Below the pieces are notes generated by a model. It was not told the DNA's origin. It did no database searches and worked only from the letters and a program-made list of their open reading frames with translations. Below, piece by piece: positions 48,470 to 57,784 of a stretch of DNA of 64,000 bases. The first letter of the stretch is position 1, and the number at the start of each line of letters is the position of its first letter. Source of the DNA: an uncultured Solirubrobacterales bacterium (GTDB taxonomy: Bacteria; Actinomycetota; Thermoleophilia; Solirubrobacterales; Solirubrobacteraceae); contig CAWFAB010000001.1 in the NCBI GenBank assembly GCA_963813765.1, forward strand, positions 652,792-716,791, written 5' to 3'. A program made the translations under genes and the position numbers.

Positions 48470-50040
48470 CCCGCACGATGCCCGCCGCCGCCGACCGACA
48501 CGTTCTCGCCGTCGATATGGGCTCGGGCACGGTCAAGGCCGCGGTCGTCTCGAAGCGCGGGGAGGTGAAGGCCGCGGCGATGCGCGCGATCACCACGCAC
48601 GAGCTGGAGGGCGGCGGCGCGGAGCAGGATCCGCACGAATGGTGGGCGGCGGTCACGGCGGCCGTGCGGCAGGCGCTCGAACGGGCGGCGCTGCCCGCGG
48701 AGGCGGTGATCGCCGTCAAGTGCGCGACCCAGTGGGCGGTGACGGTCCCGGTCGACCGCGACGGCGAGCCGCTCACGGGCGCGATCTCGTGGATGGACAC
48801 CCGCGGCGGGGTCCACGTGCGCCGGGCGATGGGCGGGCCGGTACGGGTCGCCGGCTACGACCCGCGCAAGCTGCGCCGGTGGTTGGCGCTCACCGGCGGA
48901 GCGCCGGTGCCGTCGGGAGTCGACGGGCTCGGCCACGCGCTGCACCTCAAGCACGACCGGCCCGACGTCTACGCGGCGGCCCACAAGCTGCTCGAGCCCG
49001 CGGACTACCTCAACCTGCGGCTGACAGGGCGCTTCGCGGCCTCGTTCGGGACGATCTTCCCGTACTGGCTGACCGACAACCGCGATCCGCGGCGCATCGA
49101 CTACGACGCGCGCCTGCTGCGGTACGTCGGGCTCGAGCGCGAGAAGTTCCCGGATCTCCTGCCGATGGACGGGGTGGTTGGCCCCGTACTGCCCGATGTC
49201 GCCGCGCAACTCGGCCTCGCGCCCGGAACGCCGGTGATGGCCGGCGCCTGCGACCTGCACGCCGCCGCCGTCGGCGCCGGCGCCATCCGCGACGGTCAGG
49301 GCTACTTCTATGTGGGCACCACGTCGTGGCTCTCCTGCCACGTTCCGAGCAAGCGCACAGACCTGCGTCACATGCTCGGCACGATGCCGGCCGGGCTGCC
49401 CGGGCGCTACGTCGTCGTGGCCGAGCAGGGCATGGCCGGTCGCTGTTTGGAGTTCCTCAAGGACAACATCCTCTACCCCGACGGCGTGCAGGCGCCGGCG
49501 GATGTGTACGCCGTGCTCGAGCGTCAGGCGGCGGAGGCGCCCGCAGGGAGCGATGGGCTGATCTTCACCCCCTGGATCAACGGGGTGCTCGTGCCCACCG
49601 AGGACTCCGCCACGCGCAGCGCGTTTCTCAACCAGACGTGGCGCACGACCCGCGGACACTACGTCCGCGCGGTGATGGAGGGGGTCGCCTACAACATGCG
49701 CTGGCTGATGCCACACGTCGAGCGCTTCGCCAAGACCCGCTTCGAGGAGCTCAGCTTCATCGGCGGCGCGGCACTCTCGGATGTCTGGACGCAGGTCTTC
49801 GCCGATGTTCTCGGCGTGCCGATTCGACGGGTCGCAGAGCCCCGGCTGGCCAATGTGGTCGGCGCGGGCATGCTCGCATTCATCGCGCTCGGCGAGGTGT
49901 CGGCCGACGACGTAGGAGCGCTCGTGCACGGCTCAGTTCACGAGCCGGATCGGGACCGCGGGCGGACCTACGACCTGCTGTTCGATCAGTTCCTACGCTT
50001 CTACAAGCGGGCGCGGCCGATCTACCGGCGCCTGAACTGA
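48466..50040 (+). CDS. FGGY-family carbohydrate kinase (xylulokinase-like)
   Basis: LAVDMGSGTVK, EQDP..WW, WMDTR, GTTSW, RAVMEGVAYN, IGGAA.S. Confidence 0.9.
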   Translation: MTRTMPAAADRHVLAVDMGSGTVKAAVVSKRGEVKAAAMRAITTHELEGGGAEQDPHEWWAAVTAAVRQALERAALPAEAVIAVKCATQWAVTVPVDRDGEPLTGAISWMDTRGGVHVRRAMGGPVRVAGYDPRKLRRWLALTGGAPVPSGVDGLGHALHLKHDRPDVYAAAHKLLEPADYLNLRLTGRFAASFGTIFPYWLTDNRDPRRIDYDARLLRYVGLEREKFPDLLPMDGVVGPVLPDVAAQLGLAPGTPVMAGACDLHAAAVGAGAIRDGQGYFYVGTTSWLSCHVPSKRTDLRHMLGTMPAGLPGRYVVVAEQGMAGRCLEFLKDNILYPDGVQAPADVYAVLERQAAEAPAGSDGLIFTPWINGVLVPTEDSATRSAFLNQTWRTTRGHYVRAVMEGVAYNMRWLMPHVERFAKTRFEELSFIGGAALSDVWTQVFADVLGVPIRRVAEPRLANVVGAGMLAFIALGEVSADDVGALVHGSVHEPDRDRGRTYDLLFDQFLRFYKRARPIYRRLN

Positions 50041-50225
50041 CACTGGGATCGACGCACAGCGCACCCGACCTGCGACCCGCCGATTTGGTGCTTTTTCGGC
50101 TCTCCCCGGGGGTCCGGGCGCCGAAACCGCGCATACGTGCGCCCGTGCCGCTCATAGTCCACCCGAGCAGTCACCCGGCGACCCCAACAGCCGGCCACCA
50201 TCGGCCCGCACAGGACCGGCCGTCG

Positions 50226-50594
50226 CTAGCCCTCCAACCAGATCGCGCCGTCGCGCAGTGCGACCGGGAATGTCTTGAGTGCCCGGGCGCCGGTCGTGCC
50301 CTTCACAAGGCCCGCCAAGGGCTTGAACGCGCCCTGCGGGCCGCGTGTCATCGCGCCGGAGCGTATGTCGTAGCGAGCCGCGTGCCACGGGCACTCGAGA
50401 CATCCATCCTCGGCAACATGTCCCTCTCCGAGCGAGGCGAACAGATGGCGGCAGCGGTTGGAAACCGCGAACGGCTCACCGCCACTGAGGCCGACGGCGA
50501 GCGTGCCGTGCGATGTATCGACGACGGTGACTTGCCGCTCGTCGAGATCCTCGACGTCGACAAGACGAGTGGGAGTACTGGTTGAATCGGCCAT
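50226..50594 (-). CDS. Rieske [2Fe-2S] ferredoxin
   Basis: CRH...CPWH Rieske motif. Confidence 0.9.
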   Translation of the reverse strand: MADSTSTPTRLVDVEDLDERQVTVVDTSHGTLAVGLSGGEPFAVSNRCRHLFASLGEGHVAEDGCLECPWHAARYDIRSGAMTRGPQGAFKPLAGLVKGTTGARALKTFPVALRDGAIWLEG

Positions 50595-50642
50595 TGTGGT
50601 CTCCTCGCGGTGGGTGACGAGGACAATACGCCAAGCGACTCT

Positions 50643-51566
50643 CTAGCCGCCCTGCCCGCCGGCGATCCCTGCGGCGGCCACCGCGCCGGCGTCGAAGACT
50701 TCGCCGGCGGGCGGTGGGACGATCGGGGGGACGGGGCCGTAGCTGGTGAAGTCGATCGTGATCGTGCCGCTCACACCGGTGGCGGCTTCCGCCGCCCCGC
50801 CGGCTGTGCCGGCGGGGACGTTGGCGGCGACGGTCAGCTGCATGCGGCGGACCCTGCCCTGTGCGTCCACCCACACGTCCGCCGGAATCGCGCCGGCGTT
50901 GCCGAGCTTTTCCAGCTCGGCCTTGGCCGAGGACTGGTCGCTCGAGGGGAGACGGTTGAGAATGCTGCTCAGCTGCAGGGTGGCCTGGTAGTGGGTGGTG
51001 GGCGCCCCGTCAACCGCTTCGGCGCCCACCTTGACCACCCCACCGGAGCTCGCGCGCAGGTATTCGAGGAACTGGGTGGGGTCGGTCTGGTTGAGCGATG
51101 AGAGCTGGGAGAGGTTGATCCCTGCCGCCTGCGCGGCCTTGGTGAGGTCGAGCTTTATCCACGTCTTGCCTTCCGGCAGCTTGCCGGCGAGGAAGGGCAT
51201 GTTCATATAGATCACGGGATACTGGAAGATCATCCGCACGGTTCCCGCCCCGCCCCCGGGCAGGGCCGAGGCGCCCGGGATACCGGAGAGATCCATGCTC
51301 ATCTCTCCGGAGCGGTTGCGCTCGTCGATGTAGCCGTTGGCGGTGACAGAGAACCCACCCGGCAGAGCGGGCGAGGAGAACTGCATCTTGAGCGAGATCC
51401 TGGCGCCCGCCTGCCGGCTGGTCACCTCGGCGGCGCGCGCGATCGGGTCCAGCGTGGCGGAGGCGCCGCAGCCGCTCACAGCCACGCCTCCCGCGCCCAG
51501 CGCGGCCAGCGCCCCAAGCGTCGCCAGGGCCTTCGTCGTCTTCGTGTTGGCGCGCTCGATCCTCAT
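50643..51566 (-). CDS. LppX/LprAFG-like lipoprotein
   Basis: Lipobox VSGC, GKTWIKLD, DP.QFL..L, VDG..TTHY, DVWVD..GRVRR. Confidence 0.75.
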   Translation of the reverse strand: MRIERANTKTTKALATLGALAALGAGGVAVSGCGASATLDPIARAAEVTSRQAGARISLKMQFSSPALPGGFSVTANGYIDERNRSGEMSMDLSGIPGASALPGGGAGTVRMIFQYPVIYMNMPFLAGKLPEGKTWIKLDLTKAAQAAGINLSQLSSLNQTDPTQFLEYLRASSGGVVKVGAEAVDGAPTTHYQATLQLSSILNRLPSSDQSSAKAELEKLGNAGAIPADVWVDAQGRVRRMQLTVAANVPAGTAGGAAEAATGVSGTITIDFTSYGPVPPIVPPPAGEVFDAGAVAAAGIAGGQGG

Positions 51567-51610
51567 CCTCAGGCTTTTCTCGGCTCCACCCAGCCTATCC
51601 TTGAATCCGC

Positions 51611-52225
51611 TCAGCCGCGGATGGCCGACCCGCGCCCAGGTTCATCGCGTGCCTTCATGGCCGCGGCGTCCAGCAGCCGATCGTCGCCCCAGAACAGAGC
51701 CTCGTCGATGGCGATGGTGGGCACCCCGAAGACGCCGCGCTCGTGAGCGGCGTCTGTCGCGGTCCGCAGGGCTTCCTTGACAGCCGGGTCGTGGGCTGCC
51801 TCCGTGGCGGTCTGGGGATCGATCCCGATCGCGGCGGCGACGTCGAAGACGTGCTCGGCAACGCTGAGGTCGCGGCCCTCCTGGAAGGCGGCTCGGAAAG
51901 CCTGCATGGTGAACTCGCGTCCACGTTCGACCTGAAAGGCGAAGGTCGCAACTCGCATCGCGAAGAGGTAGTCGGTCGGCCACGGGTCCGGCCAGCGCAG
52001 GGGTGGGAGTCCGTACTCCCGCGCGCGCCGCTGCACCTCGGCCATCCCCGCCTCGCGCTCCTGGGCATCGCCGAGCGCCCAGGATGACCGTCCGTTGTGC
52101 TTGAAGATGCCGCCCAGCAGCACCGGCTGCCAGGTGACCGGCTCGGGCAAAAGCTCCCCCAGACGCTCCGCCGTCAGGTAGGCGAACGGGGATCCGAGGT
52201 CGAAGTAGAAGGTCGCTTGCGGCAT
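51611..52225 (-). CDS. 2-hydroxychromene-2-carboxylate isomerase / DsbA (GST kappa) family
   Basis: FYFDLGSPFAYL, GVFGVPT, FWGDDRL. Confidence 0.88.
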   Translation of the reverse strand: MPQATFYFDLGSPFAYLTAERLGELLPEPVTWQPVLLGGIFKHNGRSSWALGDAQEREAGMAEVQRRAREYGLPPLRWPDPWPTDYLFAMRVATFAFQVERGREFTMQAFRAAFQEGRDLSVAEHVFDVAAAIGIDPQTATEAAHDPAVKEALRTATDAAHERGVFGVPTIAIDEALFWGDDRLLDAAAMKARDEPGRGSAIRG

Positions 52226-52238
52226 GGCTCCCGGTGCG

Positions 52239-53231
52239 CTACAGCCGCCTCCCGGCGAGCCCCTCGGCGGCCTCGATGATCGCGGCGTAGTCCTCCGCGC
52301 CGTGGCCGCGCCCGACGGTGGCGGCGAGCAGGTCGCGCGCGTGGGCGGCGGCAGGGAAGGGGATGCCGGCGGCCTGGGCTTCCTCGAGGCAGAGGCGGAC
52401 GTCCTTGAGCATGTGCTCGGTCTTGAACAGAGGCGTGTAGTCGTGGGCGCGCATCGCTCCGGCCTTGAGCTCCAGCTGGGCGGAGGCGCCGGAGCCGCTG
52501 GAGATCACCTGCGCGAATGCGTCGAGGTCGAGACCGGTGGCGCGCGCGAGCAGCAGCGCCTCGGCGAGCGCGGCGGCGTTGGCGGCGCCGAGGGCGTTGT
52601 TGACGAGCTTGAGCATCTCGCCCTGCCCGAGCTCGCCGACGTGCACGATCACCCGGCCCATCGCCTCCAGCAGCGGTCGCGCACGGGCGAAGTCCTCGGC
52701 CTCGCCGCCCGCCATGATCGTCAGCGAGCCCTCCTCGGCGCGCGGGGAGGAGCCGGTGACGGGCGCGTCGAGCAGCCGCACCCCGCGCTCGCTCAGCGCC
52801 GCGCCGATCCGGCGGGTGTCGGCGGGGGCGATGGTGGACATGTCCACGCAGAGCAGCCCCGGGTGCGCGCCGTCCACCACGCCCTCCGTGCCCTTCGCCA
52901 TGCCCTCCGTGCCCTTCGCCATGCCCTCCGTGCCCTTCGCCATGCCCTCCGTGCCCTTCGCCATGCCCTCCTTGCCCTGCGTCACGCCTTCCTCTCCGAG
53001 CAGCACGGAGGCGACCTGCTCCCCGTCGACGACCATGCTCACGACGATGTCGCTCGCGCGCGCGACCTCGGCGGGGCTGTCCACCGCCACGGCGTCGTGC
53101 TCGGAGGCCCAAAGGGCGGCCTTGCCGGGGGTGTGCGTCCAGACGGTCAGGGGGAAGCCGGCGCGCCGTACGTTGGCGGCCATCCGCGAGCCCATGATCC
53201 CGAGGCCGAGGAATCCGATCCGCTCAGGCAT
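52239..53231 (-). CDS. 3-hydroxyisobutyrate dehydrogenase-family NAD(P) oxidoreductase
   Basis: IGFLGLGIMG, DMSTI, LDAPVTG, KLVNN. Confidence 0.92.
   Translation of the reverse strand: MPERIGFLGLGIMGSRMAANVRRAGFPLTVWTHTPGKAALWASEHDAVAVDSPAEVARASDIVVSMVVDGEQVASVLLGEEGVTQGKEGMAKGTEGMAKGTEGMAKGTEGMAKGTEGVVDGAHPGLLCVDMSTIAPADTRRIGAALSERGVRLLDAPVTGSSPRAEEGSLTIMAGGEAEDFARARPLLEAMGRVIVHVGELGQGEMLKLVNNALGAANAAALAEALLLARATGLDLDAFAQVISSGSGASAQLELKAGAMRAHDYTPLFKTEHMLKDVRLCLEEAQAAGIPFPAAAHARDLLAATVGRGHGAEDYAAIIEAAEGLAGRRL
52881..52985. repeat. 21-bp in-frame tandem repeat (4 perfect + 1 degenerate) encoding MAKGTEG
   Basis: gccctccgtgcccttcgccat at 52881, 52902, 52923, 52944. Confidence 0.95.
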
Positions 53232-53402
53232 CTATGCAGAGTCCGATGCGCTCAGGCGTCCACGCATGGTGCCGCACCCCGAGCCCCGATGCGCTGCGCG
53301 AGGGCGGCGCAGACAATTGCGGCGAGCGCGAGCAGCGCGAGGCTCAGCCCGTGCCCGGCGGCTGGGTGTCCCATCCACCCTGCGGCCTATCGTGCAGTAT
53401 TC

Positions 53403-56345
53403 ATGTCCTTCCCCCTCCACGCAACGCTCGCCGAGGGCGAGGCTGTGCTGCGCTTCCCCTACGACGAGCGCATGCGCCAGCTGCTGCGCGCGATTCCGGG
53501 GCGCCGCTGGGATCCGCAGGAGCGGGCGTGGTGCGTTCCCCTCGACCCTGAGCCCGCGGAGGCGCTCGCGCGGCTGCTGGCGGGACTGCCGGGCGAGCCG
53601 CCGGTGAGCGAGGCGCTCGCGCGCGCGATCGAGCGTCGCCGCCGCAAGCGCCGCAGAGGGGAGTGCGTGGTCGACCGGGTGCGGCCGGACGGCGAATGGT
53701 GGCTGGGCTTCCCCACCGACACGGCCCCTGAGCTCGTGGAGGCGCTGATGGAGCACCCGGACGCGTACGGCGTGCCGGCGATCGGCCGCGCGATGATCCC
53801 GCTCGACGAGCTCTCTGCGCGGATCGTGGCGGAGCTGAGCGCGCGCTCGGATGGCCTGCGCCTCAGCGAGGATGCGCGGCGCGCGCTGCTCGCGCTGCGC
53901 GACCAGACCCGCCGCGAGGCGCCCGGCGGATCGCGGGCCAACGGTCGCGAGGGGGCCGGCGGATCGCGGGGCGCCGAGCGTGGGAAGGCGGGTGCGGCCT
54001 CCGGCCTCGACGAGCTGGACGAGGTCGCGCTGTGCCGCGACCGCCGCGGCAGGCAGTGGATCCTGCTGGCGCCGGAGCACACGCCGCTTGCGCGGGTGCT
54101 CGCGGGCAGGGCGGGCCTGCACGCCGGAGACGGCCCCGCCGGGACGTACGCGCTCGCGGCGATCGAGCACGACGCGCCGCAGATCGCGGAGCTGCTCGAG
54201 CACCTGGAGACCGAGAGCGTCGAGGAGCGCGTGAGGGCGTGGCTCGAGCGCGCCACCGAGTGGCGCGGCAGCATCGAGGTGGGGGGCTCCGGCGAGGAGC
54301 CGGTCTTCCTGCTGCTGGGGGACTCCGAGCGCCTGCCGCCTGCCCTGCGCGAGCGGGCGACGAGCATTCCGGGAGGGGCGAGCGTCCCGCTCACGCTCGA
54401 GTCGTGGCGGCTGATGGACGGGCGGCTGCGCGGCTGGATCGGCTCCGCCGTGGAGCGCTGCGTCGCGGCGCTGCTGGAGGGGCGCCCCGCGCCGCCCGCG
54501 GTGCTGGAGTGCTCGGAGATCCACGAGGACCCCACGTTCGTCCTGGCTCCCGGCCACGATCCGACCCAGCTCGAGGCGTTCACGGCGCTGGCGGGCGCGA
54601 TGGCGCAGGGGTCGCGCCGCGGCGCGGGGCACGAGCACGCGCAGCTTCCCGCGATCCGCGCGGACCCGTTCTGCGTGCCGGAGCTCGACGCCTTCCTCGC
54701 CGAGCACGGGACCTGGGTGGAGCCCGAGGCGCTCGAGCTGCTGCAGGAGGTCCGCGAGGAGCACGCGCGCGCGGCGGGCCTGGTGGCGCTCTCGGCGGCT
54801 ACCGACGCGCCGCTGCAGGTCCCCGGGCTGGGGGGCGAGCTGAAGCCGTTCCAGCGCGCCGGGGTGAGCTACCTGCTCTCCCAGCGGCGCGCGTTCCTCG
54901 CCGACGAGCAGGGGCTCGGCAAGACGATCGAGGCGCTCGCGGCGCTGGAGGCCGACGGGGCCTACCCGGCGGTGGTGGTGTGCCCGGCGAGCCTCAAGCT
55001 CAACTGGCTGCGCGAGCTGGAGCGCTGGCTGCCGGGTCGCAGCGCGCGGGCGCTGGTGGGCACCGGCGCGGGCGTCTTGGCACCGATGGGCGCCGGCGCG
55101 GGCCTCTTGGCCCTGGCGGGAACCGGCGAGGATGCTTTGGCATCGGCCGCAACCGGCGCCTCAGCGCGGGCGGTAACCGGCGTGCGCGCGGCCGGGCAAG
55201 GCGGCACCGGGGCGGCGAGGGGAGCGCGCACGGAGGGGCCCGTGGACGTCACGGTCGTCAACTACGACATCCTCGCGGCGCGCTTGGAGGAGCTGCGCGC
55301 CCTGGGCCCCCGCGCGCTGGTGCTCGACGAGTCCCACTACTGCAAGAACGCCGCCGCGAAGCGCACCCAGGCGGTTCAGCGACTCGCCGCGGCGGTGCCG
55401 CGCGAGGGCCTCGTGATGGCGCTCACGGGCACGCCCGTGATGAACCGCCCCCCGGAGCTGATCGCGCAGCTGCGGATCCTCGGCCGGCTGCATGACTTCG
55501 GCTCGGGCGCCCAGTTTGGCCGGCGCTTCCGTGGGACGGACGCGCACCTGCGCCTGCACTGGCACCTGCGCGCGCGCTGCTTCGTGCGCCGTCTGAAGGC
55601 GGAGGTGCTGCCGCAGCTGCCCGCCAAGACGCGCGCGGTGGTGCCGGTGGAGCTCGACAACGAGACCGAGTACCGCCTCGCGGAGCGCGACGTGGTGGCG
55701 TGGCTCCAGAGTCAGCCGCTCGACCTGCGCGAGCTCGACGCGAAGGTCGCGGCGGCGCTGCGCGCGGAGCGCCTGGTGCGGCTGAACGCGCTCAAGCTGC
55801 TCGCGGCGCGGGGCAAGCTGCACGCGGCGCTCGCGTGGATCCACGACTTCCTCTCCTCCGGCGAGCGCCTCGTCGTGTTCGCCCACCACCGCGAGATCCA
55901 GCGCGCGGTGCTCGAGCGCTTCCCGGAGGCGCTCCACATCCTCGGCGCCGACTCCCACGCCGCGCGGGACGCCTCGCTGCGCGCCTTCCAGGCGCCGGAC
56001 GGCGCCGAGAACCAGCTGATCGTCTGCTCGATCGACGTCGCCGGCCAGGGGATCACACTGACGCGCTCCTCGAACGTGGCCTTCCTCGAGCTCGACTGGA
56101 CCCCCGCGAAGCACGACCAGGCGGAGGACCGCTGCCACCGCATCGGCCAGCAGGACGCGGTCAACGCCTCCTACCTGCTCGCGGCGGGCACGATCGACGA
56201 GACGATCGCGACCCTCCTGGAGCGCAAGCGCGCGGTTATCGGCGCGGTCACCGACGGCCGCCAGGAGGACGAGGGCGGCGTGCTCGACGCGCTCGTGCGC
56301 GAACTGCGCGGCGAGCCCTACCGCCACCTGCGCGCGGTCGCGTGA
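53403..56345 (+). CDS. SNF2-family helicase with HARP-like N-terminus (SMARCAL1-like)
   Basis: FPYD...IPGRRWD...W, LADEQGLGKT, DESH, LTGTP, QAEDRCHRIGQ. Confidence 0.88.
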   Translation: MSFPLHATLAEGEAVLRFPYDERMRQLLRAIPGRRWDPQERAWCVPLDPEPAEALARLLAGLPGEPPVSEALARAIERRRRKRRRGECVVDRVRPDGEWWLGFPTDTAPELVEALMEHPDAYGVPAIGRAMIPLDELSARIVAELSARSDGLRLSEDARRALLALRDQTRREAPGGSRANGREGAGGSRGAERGKAGAASGLDELDEVALCRDRRGRQWILLAPEHTPLARVLAGRAGLHAGDGPAGTYALAAIEHDAPQIAELLEHLETESVEERVRAWLERATEWRGSIEVGGSGEEPVFLLLGDSERLPPALRERATSIPGGASVPLTLESWRLMDGRLRGWIGSAVERCVAALLEGRPAPPAVLECSEIHEDPTFVLAPGHDPTQLEAFTALAGAMAQGSRRGAGHEHAQLPAIRADPFCVPELDAFLAEHGTWVEPEALELLQEVREEHARAAGLVALSAATDAPLQVPGLGGELKPFQRAGVSYLLSQRRAFLADEQGLGKTIEALAALEADGAYPAVVVCPASLKLNWLRELERWLPGRSARALVGTGAGVLAPMGAGAGLLALAGTGEDALASAATGASARAVTGVRAAGQGGTGAARGARTEGPVDVTVVNYDILAARLEELRALGPRALVLDESHYCKNAAAKRTQAVQRLAAAVPREGLVMALTGTPVMNRPPELIAQLRILGRLHDFGSGAQFGRRFRGTDAHLRLHWHLRARCFVRRLKAEVLPQLPAKTRAVVPVELDNETEYRLAERDVVAWLQSQPLDLRELDAKVAAALRAERLVRLNALKLLAARGKLHAALAWIHDFLSSGERLVVFAHHREIQRAVLERFPEALHILGADSHAARDASLRAFQAPDGAENQLIVCSIDVAGQGITLTRSSNVAFLELDWTPAKHDQAEDRCHRIGQQDAVNASYLLAAGTIDETIATLLERKRAVIGAVTDGRQEDEGGVLDALVRELRGEPYRHLRAVA

Positions 56346-56405
56346 GCGTCCGCTCGGGTGGCGCCTATCCTCAGTGGTCGAAGGTGCTGAAAGGAGATCT
56401 CTCCG

Positions 56406-56816
56406 GTGATGGCGATCCGCAACATCCTGACCCATGCGTGGATGGTGGTGACGCTCGCGATCGCCGCCCTGCTCGGCGGCGCCTCCGCCGGCACGGAAGG
56501 GCAGGTCGGCGCCGCCTCGGGCGGGGTCGTCGCGACGCTGCGCGCGGGCACCCACCACCCGCATGCGGATGCCCGCTGGCCGATCAGCTTCACCGTCAGC
56601 CGCGGCGGCCATCCCGCTCGCGCGAGCGTGAGTTACGAGTACCTGCTCGGCGCCCAGGTGGTGGCCCACCGCTCCCACTACACCTTCACGGGGCGCTTCT
56701 CCGATGTGTTCACCTGGCCTCCCGCGGCTGTCGGCTACCCGCTCACGTTCCGCGCGGTGATCGTCTCCGGTGGGGTCACGCTCGACCTCGATTACCCGGT
56801 GCAGGTCGTAAGGTGA
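56406..56816 (+). CDS. Hypothetical secreted protein
   Basis: Signal peptide followed by a beta-rich domain; RBS upstream. Confidence 0.6.
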   Translation: MMAIRNILTHAWMVVTLAIAALLGGASAGTEGQVGAASGGVVATLRAGTHHPHADARWPISFTVSRGGHPARASVSYEYLLGAQVVAHRSHYTFTGRFSDVFTWPPAAVGYPLTFRAVIVSGGVTLDLDYPVQVVR

Positions 56817-56953
56817 GGGAGGATGCGGTGCGGGTGACGGGTGGATGAGGTGGGAGCGAAGATAAGAGCGGGCCATGCGCGGAGGGATCTCGCGTGAGCG
56901 CCTCCGCCGGCGGTGAGGGTCGAGGAGGCCGGCTGCGCGGAGAGGGGTCCGGT

Positions 56954-57775
56954 GTGAGCCCCTCCGCCGGCGTGGAGGTGCTCCTCGAGGGAGTCACCAA
57001 GAGCTTCGGCGGGGTGAGCGCGCTGCGCGGCGTCTCCCTGCGCGTGCCCGCCGGCGAGGCGGTCGTGATCACCGGCCGCTCGGGCTCGGGCAAGAGCACA
57101 CTGCTCGCGCTGATCGGCGGCCTGGAGCAGCCCGATCGGGGGCGCGTGCTGATCGACGGGCGCGCGATCTGGCGGGAGCGCGACGTCGCGCGCGCGCGAC
57201 GCGAGGTGGTCGGCTTCGTCTTCCAGCGCCACCTCCTGCTGGAGACGCTGAGCGCGCGCGCGAACGTCGAGGTGCCCCTGATCGGAGCCGGCGTGCGCCG
57301 CGCCGAGCGCCGCCGCCGCGCGCTTGCGCTGCTCGAGGAGGTGGGGCTCGCCGATCGCGCCGAGCACCTCCCCTCCGAGCTCTCCGGAGGAGAGCGCCAG
57401 CGCGTCGCCGTGGCGCGCGCGCTGATCAACCAGCCGTGCCTGCTGCTCGCCGACGAGCCCACCGGGGCGCTCGACTCGGTCACCTCCGAGCGCGTGCTCG
57501 ACCTGCTCTTCCGCCTGCGCGACCAGCACGGCACCACGATGATCGTGGTCAGCTACGACGCCGCCGTGGGCGCGCGCGCGGACCGCACCGTCACCCTGCT
57601 CGACGGCGCGCTCGCCACGGGCGAAGCGCCTGTCGCCGCTACGAGCGGGCGGCCTGGACACGGGCCACACGTGGCGGAGCGCTCCACCGACGGGTCTCCC
57701 GCCGATACACCGTCCGCGGGCGGGCGCTCGGTCGATGGATCTCTCGCAGACACGCCCTCCACCACGCACCGCTGA
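56954..57775 (+). CDS. ABC transporter ATPase (LolD/MacB-like); alternative start 56894
   Basis: GRSGSGKS, GFVFQ, LSGGERQR, LADEPTGALD. Confidence 0.9.
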   Translation: MSPSAGVEVLLEGVTKSFGGVSALRGVSLRVPAGEAVVITGRSGSGKSTLLALIGGLEQPDRGRVLIDGRAIWRERDVARARREVVGFVFQRHLLLETLSARANVEVPLIGAGVRRAERRRRALALLEEVGLADRAEHLPSELSGGERQRVAVARALINQPCLLLADEPTGALDSVTSERVLDLLFRLRDQHGTTMIVVSYDAAVGARADRTVTLLDGALATGEAPVAATSGRPGHGPHVAERSTDGSPADTPSAGGRSVDGSLADTPSTTHR

Positions 57776-57784
57776 GGACCGCCC

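Noticed and set aside
45712..50585. 688-aa and 936-aa ORFs as GATase-lyase or lyase-kinase fusions
   Set aside because: Produced by frameshifts; each domain has its own start and stop in other frames
10918..52985. Tandem repeats as CRISPR arrays
   Set aside because: No unique spacers, repeats are in-frame within genes, no cas genes
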